A stretch of 46,580 nt of DNA, filler included, from Jimgerdemannia flammicorona (lineage: Eukaryota), in the NCBI GenBank assembly GCA_003990765.1. It is 2 parts of 2 records of this genome, joined end to end, with 100 filler letters (N's around TTAATTAATTAA, not from the genome) between each part and the next. Parts side by side here need not be neighbours in the genome. Positions count along the whole stretch, not along the records: positions 23,341 to 46,580 come from RBNJ01001133.1; 1 more part is not named here. One strand, written 5' to 3'. Numbering within the stretch: the first letter of the stretch is position 1; each line of letters opens with the position of its first letter. The translations under genes and the position numbers were made by a program. This document shows positions 37,280-46,580 of this stretch, one piece after another. Below the pieces are notes generated by a model. The model was given only the letters and a program-made list of their open reading frames with translations, was not told the DNA's origin and made no database searches.

Positions 37280-38381
37280 TTAGGCACTGTCTGGGTAGTC
37301 CTTGATGACATCACTATCGATTGCATCATCTCTGATGAAGTAGTCATCTAGGAATAATGGTTCGTGGATTACTTCTCCTTGTTGGCTGAGGTAGTAATAT
37401 ATTGGGACTTCATCTCCGTCCCACAGGATAGCATCGTCTGTTTCATATGCTGGATAAGGTGTTGGTGGGTGAAGAATGGGTGTACTGTCTTCGCTTTCAT
37501 CGGATTCACTGTCTGCATACCTTCTATAGGTTACAGCACTATAAGTTGCAGGGTTATAGTATGCTGGCGGCTGTGGTTCATGTCGCTCGTACTCAGGTGG
37601 TGGAGTGGTTGGTTCGATCTCGAGAGTTGTCTGAAGGTACAGGTTGTGTTCTCCAGTCTCTTCATTATAATTAAAGTAATCGGGGGTGAACGCAGGTTGG
37701 TATTCGTGCCAGTGGTCATTGTCCCAATAAGTCTCGTATACAGTTATGAACTGTTGTAAGTTCATCGGCAAGGTTGGCAGAGTGATCAGGGTTGGCAGAG
37801 ATCCTTGGCTAGAGGTCATGTCGGCGTCAGAGGGATCATTGTCTTCTGCTTTATCTTCGTCGAAGTGGATTATATCATAGACATCCTTCATGGCATATCT
37901 GACTTGAGGCATTTGTAGGATGGGGTCATCAGGGTGCGGGAAGGTTCTGTCTGTCTGTGGTTTCGACATACTTGAGGTACTTGTGGTTGAGTTCTTGTAT
38001 CATGTCATCGATTTGGCTGTAGGACAGGGTAGCAACCATTTTGCTGGTAGTAACTCGGAGACAGGAAATAAAGGTGTTGTACTTGTAGAAGAGTTCTCGA
38101 TGTTTGTGGGCGATGAGCTTCTGGTGTTGAGATATCTGAGTAATGTCTGTATCATGGTGGTGTTCGACCATGTCTTCCAGGAGGCGGCTGATCTGGTAGT
38201 AGCTTGAGATTTGTCCGATTCGGTGGGCCTTGCTAAGCATGTTCAGGGCATTCCATCGGGCTTCCATGAAGTAGAGGGGTGCCAGGCTATGGATATTCAT
38301 GAGGGGCAGAGGGGGTGTGGCTCGGTTGACAATGGTATTCCAAATGTCAGCATGGATGCGGTTGTAGATCTCAGTGGTCAT
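37280..38381 (-). pseudogene. LTR(U3)-encoded 365-aa protein, B3 5' LTR copy (intact except for one 4-bp duplication)
   Basis: ORFs 37929..38381 and 37280..37969 join after removing an extra CTGT at ~37947-37958; 1102-4=1098 bp. Confidence 0.9.
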
Positions 38382-38669
38382 GTTTGTGTGTTTGGAAGTT
38401 GTGGTTGTTGTTTGTTTTGGTTCTCTGATTTGACATGTCTCGGTGCTCAGTATATATGCATTTGGTCCTGATTGGTAAGGTTCCGTTTGTGTAGATCTTG
38501 TGTTCCGTGACTTCGTATTGACTCAGCTTTGTGCACTGTAACTTCGGTTTGACTCAGCTTCGTGATCAAGCAGGTGATTTCCAGATTTGTTCGGAGGTCG
38601 CGTGTGATTTCGGTGGCTTATTCAGAGGGTGACGTGTAATTTCGGTGGCTTGGAGGTTGTGCACTTACA

Positions 38670-41600
38670 CCTTCCTGAACCCCCTCACCTTTTGTCCCTA
38701 AGACAAATGAGTTGCTACTAGAAGATGAAGAAATGGAATAAGAAGAACAGAAACCTGCTGCCCCAAAGCCCAAGAAGAAGTACACTCCAAAGATCATGCC
38801 TAGAGATATCTACAATGAAGCCTGACAGAAGATTCAAGAGACCAAGATGGAGGTCCCTCTTCTGTAGTTCCTGTAACTAATACCAGCTGGAGTCTGAAAC
38901 AAATTATTGAGAACCATCAGATCTAGCACTGGCCAAGTCCCTATCCCACAGCAAGAACCAGCTTCCATTCTTGTTCAGGCCACAGAAAGACATATTAGTA
39001 CCTATTTACATAGAGATATTAGAGAACAAAAAGCAAAAATCCTCATAGATACAGGAGTAGCTATCTGTGTTATTGCCAAATGATTCCTGGACACCCTCTA
39101 ATAGCCCATTGATGAACCATCTAACCTCAGCATCATAGTAGCAGATAGAGCCCAAATTCAACTTCTTAGAGAAGTATAAAATATCACTATCTCTCTTGGA
39201 CACATTCAGTTCTCCATCTCCAAAGCTATTGTTACAGAAGCTGTCATCTATGATATAATTCTTGGCACTAACTGGATGAAGGAAATGAATGCAGTTGTTG
39301 ATATTGGTCAACAAGTACTCAAGTTTGACTACCAAGACAAGAAGTACAGAGTTAAGGTGACCAGCTATAAGCAATCAAAGAAGAAGAAGAAGGTCACTAT
39401 TCAGGAGAAATATATTAGCAGTGAAGAATCTACCACAGAAGAAGAGGAAAAATCTGAAGATGGAAATGATCCCAGACTCAACCCCTGAATTAATCTGGTA
39501 GATAACAGACCAGAAGTCAATGTGTGGGCCAAGAATACCATCCCTATCACCATTGGAGCCATTGCAGGAGAAATCAAAGGATGCCCTACCTGCCTCAAGA
39601 GACACAAGTATCCTGAGCATTCCTCCAAGATCATGGGAACAAGGAAATTGCCTGATACAGTCTGCCTAGAGTGCAGAAAAAAGAAGAAGAAATGTAGATA
39701 TATTTCAGAAATATCTACAACTGAAGCTGCAGAAGTACAAGTAATCTGAAGTCAAGAATCATCCAAGGAAGAAGAAACTTCTGACCAAGAAGTTCCTGAA
39801 CAAGAAGCACCTGAAGAAGAAGAGATCTCTAAACTCATTCCCTGGGATGATCCTCACTGGACACTACCTGAAGACAATGACCCTTGGAATACAGAAGAAA
39901 GACCCAGCACAATCACCATTATCCTCAAGAAAGAAACTCACCAAGAAAAGGCTTTTTAACTAGGAAAATGTCTATACCAAATGATCTTCCACTCTTCTCA
40001 AGACTACTGCTATCAGTGCCATTTATTAGACCAATAGGAGAGACAGAGACCCCAGAGACCAGAACCCCTGAACACAGTTGCACAGTCAACTATCTTCTAA
40101 GAAGTTACCACTAAGCTGTAAAGCTGATTCAGTAGACAAGGCCTCTTCACCCAGACAGAAGTATATCTCTTGTTTACTCTTCTATCTACTTATGACCAAG
40201 ATGGATACTGATTCCTAAAATAACAAGAGATCAATAACCAGGAATATCATTTCCAAGCAATGGGATATTGTAACCATAGAAGACACCCAGACTGCCAAGA
40301 CTGCAGGCATCAGAAGATCCATCTCAGTCATGATGTTGCAGTTCACACTTTGAAGAGAGGAGATAATCAAAGCCAGATCCAAAAAAGTAGACCAAAAAGC
40401 CAGGAAGAAGGACCCTCAAGATCTATAATTTAGGAGAAGACATCAGACATACAACCTACCAAGGATGGGCAGAAGATGCCACCAACTTTATAGAAGCCCT
40501 AGACTCTACAGGAAGAAGAGAAATCAACTATCTCTGAGATCCCTCTACTGGAGCCAGATGGCCACACCTCAACCTCAGAGCTTGGAGACTCTCTGCTAGT
40601 GGAGCTTCAGCCTTAGAAAAGCTCAAACTTAGCAAGGATATTACCCAGTATGCCCTGCTGCATCTCAAGGCCAAACCCCTGACCAAAGCCCACCCAGTAT
40701 GATCTTTATAGTCTGGAGGATGAATCTATCAAACCTGGAAAAACCTTTATGATCAGAACCAGATTAGCCATGCAGCCACCCCAAGGAGCTTACATCCAAC
40801 TGACCTCAAGGTCTGGACTTGCCAGATAAGGAATAACTGTGGAAGGAGGAACTATTAACCCAGGATATATAGGCGAAATCAAGGTCATTCTACACAACAG
40901 TAGTACATAATGGCACTGAATCATTAGAGGACAGAAGATTGCCCAAGCAGTCTTCATGAAGGTCAAGACCTCACAATTACAAGAAGTCTCTGAATTGACT
41001 GAAGGGACAAGACAAGCCAAAGAATTTGGAAGTTTAGACAAGAAGAAAGTATACCTCCTTCAAGTTAACCACCTCAAGAGGAATATTCTCCAGCAAGTGT
41101 ACTAGCAATCAGTCAGATTGCACAAGAATCTTATCCTAAAGTCTGGAGAAAAAACTACCTTCGAAATCTTTGCACCACCTGATCCCAGAAATCTTTTTTT
41201 TGAACCTAAAGAAGATATCCCCCACCTGGACATAGAGGGATACACATTCCCTGATAAGATGAACCCAGTATACTCCTGAGCAACCAACCAAAGTTGAGAA
41301 ACCATCATCTTGCCAAAAGGAACTATCATAGGACACCTAGTACCTTATCTCAACCAAACTTATAGGGATGTTTATAAACTAAACCTATCAGGAAATGGCA
41401 AAAGGTCCCAGAAGAAAGGAAAGGCCCCTCTGCGACCCAGGAGACAGTGAAGCCTTCTACCAATATTAGAGAAGAATTGACACCCCAACAATAGCAACAA
41501 CTAGTAGAACTTCTCAACAAATATCAAGATATCTTCACTATCAATTATGACAACCTGCCATACAACCCATCATATCACTATAGCATAAATATAGAAAATA

Positions 41601-44600
41601 TAACACCCATCTGGCAGAAATCCTATAGAATATCCCATCACTTAAAAACATTCGAAAAAGAACACATTTAAGAACTCTTAGACAATGGAGTCATTTGACT
41701 CTCCATCAGCTCCTGGGCCAGCCCTATACTTATTGTACCAAAGAAAAGAGGATGGAGACTCTGTGTAGATTATAGGAAACTCAATTCAGTTACTGAAAAG
41801 GACACCTATTCTTTGCCCAGAATTGACAACCTCTTGGATCAGTTATAAGATACCAGATACTTCAGCAGTATGGACCTTTTCACAGAATTCCATGAGATCC
41901 CAAAGACATTTAAAAGACAGCCTTCCTTGCTCTAGGAAAACTGTTTGAATATCTCTGAATGTCCTTTGGACTCTGCAATATACCCCCCCACCTTTTAGAG
42001 GATGATGAATTCAGTCTATGCTCTCTTGATCCACCACTATCTTATTGTATATATAGATGATTCCAACATCTACTCAGCAAATTTTGAAGAATACCTGCAA
42101 AAACCACTTGAGACTGAATGTAAAGAAATACTACTTTGGAAAACAGAAACTTGAATTTCTTGGATTCATAGTTTCAAAAGAAGGAACCCATATAGATCCA
42201 AAGAAAACTGAGAAGATCAACAATTGGCCAGTATCCAAGACCCCAAAGAAAATATTATTATTTCTGATGCTAGTATCCTACTACAGAAGATTTATCAAGA
42301 ATTTTGTCCAAATTGCTGCCCCAATCTAAATCCTTCTCAAGAAAGAAGTGTTATTCAAATAGACAGAATCACAAGAAAAAGCCTTCAAAGAACTCAAGAA
42401 CTACATGACTATAGCACCAATCCTCATGTACCCCAATCTATAGAAGTCATTCATCTTATATATAGATGCTTCTAAAGATGGCCTCAGAGCAGTTTTAGCC
42501 CAAGAAGGATCTGATCAACAATACCATGTGATAGCTTATGCAAGCAGAGCTATCAATCAGCAGCAGATGAACTATGGTAGCACTAAACTGGAATACCTTG
42601 CAGTCATATGGGCAGTCACCCTGTTCAAGCATTATCTTATCAGAAAAAGATTCACTCTGATTATAGACCATATAACCCTTAAATAGCTATTCAACTGTAA
42701 GGAACTCACTGGAATCCTAGCCTGCTGGATCCTTATCCTTCAGGATTACAAGATCACTATCATCCACAAAGTAGGGAAAGCTCACAACAATGTTGATGTA
42801 CTTTCCCACCAGCTCCAATAAACCAGAAGAAGGGTGTCCCAAGGAACTACACTCTAAAGGAAGCTCCTCAGACCATCAAGGTACAAGAAAATCTCATCTG
42901 AAAAGAATATCAGAAAGCTCACCAAGGACAGATAAATATAGAAGAGAAGTTGTAAATAATACACCAATACTGGCCTAACTTCAGAATACAAGTTCAGGAT
43001 ATACTCAAGAAATGTAACATCTACCAAAAGTACCAAGGAAGGAAGAACTATCAAGCACTATTGTAACCAATCACACTACTAGACAACATCTTTCAGAGAT
43101 GGAGAGTAGATGTAATTGGACTGCTACCAGTTACACCAAGAAGAAACAAATATATTCTTATATTTGTAGAATATCTAACCAAGTGGCCCAAGGCTTTCCC
43201 AATGGAAATTACAGATGCCTTAACCATTGTAGGCCTTCTCCATGGACTCATACTTAGATATGGACCTCCAGAAGAACTCATCTCTGACTGAGGCACAGAA
43301 TTCATCAATAACATAATTACAAGTTATATCTAAATTCATAAGATCCACCTCAAATGGACTACATCATACCACTCTCAGATTAATGACATAACAGAGAGAA
43401 TGAACCAGACCATTAAGAAAGGACTTGTCTGAGTCAATCCTATCAATTGAGACATCTGCTTACTTGAAATCCTATGGGAAATTTGGAATACCCCTGTTAC
43501 CTCCACTAAATAAAAGCCATTCAAAATGATGTTTGTTAAGAAAATCAGAACTACTGACCATAAGAATCTCAGAGATCTTCTCAAGAAGGCAGAACAGTTA
43601 TGTAATCAAGCCTGAGATCAGATTGTCAAAGCCCAAGAAAGATAAAAAAAAGTATTATAACCAGAAATAGAAGGATCAGAAGATCAAAATTGGAGATCAA
43701 GTACTAGTTTGGAGAAGCATAATTGAAACTAATTTTGCCACCAAATTGGAGCCCAAATGGGAAGAATCTTATCTTATATACAATATTAGAGGAACTAGCA
43801 TCTATTTAAGAAGTATAGATGGATGAACCCTGAGAACACCAGTATATATCAATTGCCTCAAACTATATCTTCCCTCTATACTATGAGCCAAAGGATTGAT
43901 CAGTACCTCCAGACATTAGTCCTCAGCTCCTTCTAGGCCCTACTAGTTCCTCTACCCCAATTCAGCAAAGCTAATGGAAACCCCCTTCAGAAGATCCAAG
44001 TTCACTAAGAAAATCTCACCCTGGCCAGGTATCTACTACAAGTCCACTAACTGTAGGCCTATTATACAATTGGTGAACAATTGTAGAACCTTCCAGCCCC
44101 AGAGCAGACCTATATCAGGAACACCACAGGTCTGACCAGAAGAGATACTACTGCTGCAGACAGACTATACACTATTTACAAATGAAATGTCACAGCTCTG
44201 ATACAGATGCAGTTCTCTCTGAATGATATTCAAGAAATGAATTCTATTACCTATTTGAGCATCATCAATTCCATTGAAATTCTATTCTCTAAAGAAGAAG
44301 AGCCCATAGAATAGAGTGACCCTAGTACAGACAATGAAGATGATGGAACAGGTATAGATACAAAAGTAGCTTATACTTATTGGGATGATAACTAAAGAAC
44401 AGTCTGAGGCAGACTATCCTTCAGTAGGGGCTGATGTAACAAATCAAACATATCACCTAAATCATAACTTAGCCAGATGATGTGAATAATTAGCATACTT
44501 AACCAGATGACATAGGCTCCCAGTATGACAACTAGTATATCATAGTTACTTATGCCACCATACTTATAATTAGCCAGACATATCAGATAGAATCTGTTTA

Positions 44601-45716
44601 CCTATATAGACTCTGTATACCTACTATAAGTAGCAAATCTATAGTTAGCTATATAGCAACTAGATAGCAACCAACTTGTATAAATTACCCTAAAGATAAG
44701 AGTGAATAAATCTCAGTCCAAATTGAAGTACAAACCAAAGAAGTCTCTAAAGATTGAGCATTGGTCTCCTTATTCCCACTCTGGTCTACTTTCTGATACA
44801 AAGCTTGAAGATTTTGCTGCCAAGTTTGAGTGAAGAACTTTGCCATCTTTGGAATTATTGGTATACTTGCCAGACTAAGCCTGAAGAACCCAAGTTTGCT
44901 GCCAAGTTCAAGGAAGAACTTCACCACTATTTCTAAGTTATTTGCTGCATTCTCAGAGAGCCTACCCTTCTTGCCATAAGCCAGTCTCTTGATGCAACTT
45001 TGCAATAATCTGTTCATACAAACAAAGCCAGTCTAGATATAACTTGCTAAGAATCTGAGTTATTTTGCAATTGAAGCTACCAATTTAGGAAGAATCTATA
45101 TCACCCAAGTAGTATTCCCAGAGAGCCACCAATTCAGGAAGAATCTGTATTATCCATCATTTTCAAGTTATCCATATTTCTAGAAGAGCCTGATTCACAC
45201 CATCTGAGTAATCTATTATTTCCAGTAAGCTCAAGTTATCAAGTTATCTATCACCAGCATTATTCCCAGTTAGAAAAACCTGTGCCAAATTGAGTTATCT
45301 GTCAGATTACCAGATTGCACTGTATAAGGAATCTACTTGTACTATACAGGATCATCACACAGAGATCATCACATTACATGGAGATCGTCATATAGAAATT
45401 ATATAAGAAGAACTGCCAAATTGCCAGACTATCATATATAAGGAAGATCATCACACTATATACAAAATTCTACCAATTTCCAGTTGACCCAAGAAGGAAA
45501 TCTATTTATACACAAATCACCACTACACCCAGAGAACTGTCCCAATAAGGAAATTACTTGCAAATATCTAGTTTTGACTATTATATCACTAAACACCAAG
45601 GACCTCAGAAATCTTAGAACATTTTGTTACTTTTTAACAAAGTAACTGAGAGCTCAAGCCAAACTACACCAACTCCCAACCTTGTAATTTGCCTCTATTG
45701 AGCCAGGTATGTTACA
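38670..45716 (+). mobile_element. Gypsy family A copy 2 (5'-truncated, more degenerate)
   Basis: Collinear with A1 from ~9315 onward: PR ILIDTG (~39030), dUTPase ~40646-41036, RT, RH, uninterrupted IN; PPT-like AGTAGGGGCTGA; 3' LTR 44435-45716. Confidence 0.95.
43883..44395 (+). pseudogene. Accessory ORF3 of A2 (170 codons)
   Basis: MSQRIDQYLQTLVLSSF*ALLVPLP...AYYTIGEQL...DRLYTIYK...SLNDIQEMN...YTYWDDN*; same ATGA overlap with the integrase stop. Confidence 0.8.
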
Positions 45717-45834
45717 GTATTAATAACTTAAATATACTTACATATATTAGATGTCTTTAGTTTAAGAAAGTAGTTATATATCTATATAATTAATCTAGTC
45801 TCTTTTGATAGATAGTACTCTAAATAAGCTAATT

Positions 45835-46267
45835 TAGATTTATTTAAAATAGCTTATAAGTGATATAATTTAAAGAGAATTCAATATATCAATATTATTA
45901 TTTTAATTTTCAAATTAGACAATTAAATATTTATATTAATAACTTGATAAAATATTATTCAATTTTAATAATTATAGTATTATTCAAAAGTTCTTAATAA
46001 GAACTTTCTAATAATATCAATAATATTGAAATTGGATAATATACATATTACTAAGTTATCAAGAAAAATATTCAACTTACATAACAATTTTGGAAATATT
46101 GATAACTTAGTAATATATTATCTAATTTCAATATTTTTAATATCATTAAAAAGAATCAAAATTAAATAATTTTTCAATATAAATATTAAATTATCTAATT
46201 TGAAAATTAAAATAATGATATTGATATATCAAATTATACTATCTATAAGCTACTTTGAATAGATCTA
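45835..46267. mobile_element. AT-rich foldback/MITE-like palindrome
   Basis: 45835-~45937 is the reverse complement of ~46176-46267; inner arms 46022-46062 and 46099-46135 also pair. Confidence 0.7.
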
Positions 46268-46580
46268 GATAGTACTCTTAATAAATTGAATCAAATTAAA
46301 TATTTAATTCAATTTGAGATTTAATTTGAACTTTATTTTTGAAATACATATAATAACTTAATAAAAATATGTCTAAATTTAATAATCTTTAGCTTATTAA
46401 ATTTGAATGTATTTTTATCAAGTTATTATATTTTAAAAAATAGTATTCAAATTGGACTCTTAATTCAATTTAAATTTAATTCAATTTAATTCAAACTTTA
46501 TTCAAATTGAAAAATTCTCAATTTGATTCAATTTGAATAACCTTCTTTTTTTTTTTTTTATATAGTCTCTTGGACTTTGC

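Larger units (their letters stand above)
28011..38669 (-). mobile_element. Chromodomain Ty3/Gypsy element, family B copy B3 (two LTRs, inactivated)
   Basis: LTRs 28011-30076 and 36602-38669; PPT GAAGGGGAGAG (30078-30088); PBS TGGTAGCAGTG (36588-36598, iMet-like); no matching TSD. Confidence 0.96.

Overview
Eukaryotic, most likely fungal, heterochromatin-like nest of transposable elements with no recognisable host gene. It contains one assembly gap (23241-23340), and C->T/G->A decay is heavy. In order: (1) a full-length Ty3/Gypsy element 'A1' (1000-12276, minus; 4-bp TSD, tRNA-Pro-like PBS, dUTPase between PR and RT) whose integrase is interrupted by a poly(A)-tailed non-LTR insert; (2) a non-coding LTR element 'C' (12323-19685) whose 5' LTR is split by a degenerate Ty1/Copia (12607-17875); (3) a solo LTR, a LINE ORF1 and the intron-containing 5' end of a hAT transposon; (4) three nested copies of a chromodomain Gypsy family 'B' (dUTPase directly after the Gag zinc knuckle, ~2.05-kb LTRs); (5) a 5'-truncated second A copy 'A2' (38670-45716, plus); (6) a foldback element. 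Main candidate novelty: both Gypsy families carry an extra, non-env accessory gene. In family B it is a 365-codon gene inside the U3 of every LTR, with its own TGAGTCA/CCAAT/TATA promoter. In family A it is a ~170-codon, fast-diverging ORF overlapping the integrase stop. By eye the two proteins share an alpha-helical domain plus an acidic tail. The two families also share a dUTPase and a small 'GRCP...D.C..C' Cys module, in different polyprotein positions. All homology statements are by-eye and need profile or structure confirmation.
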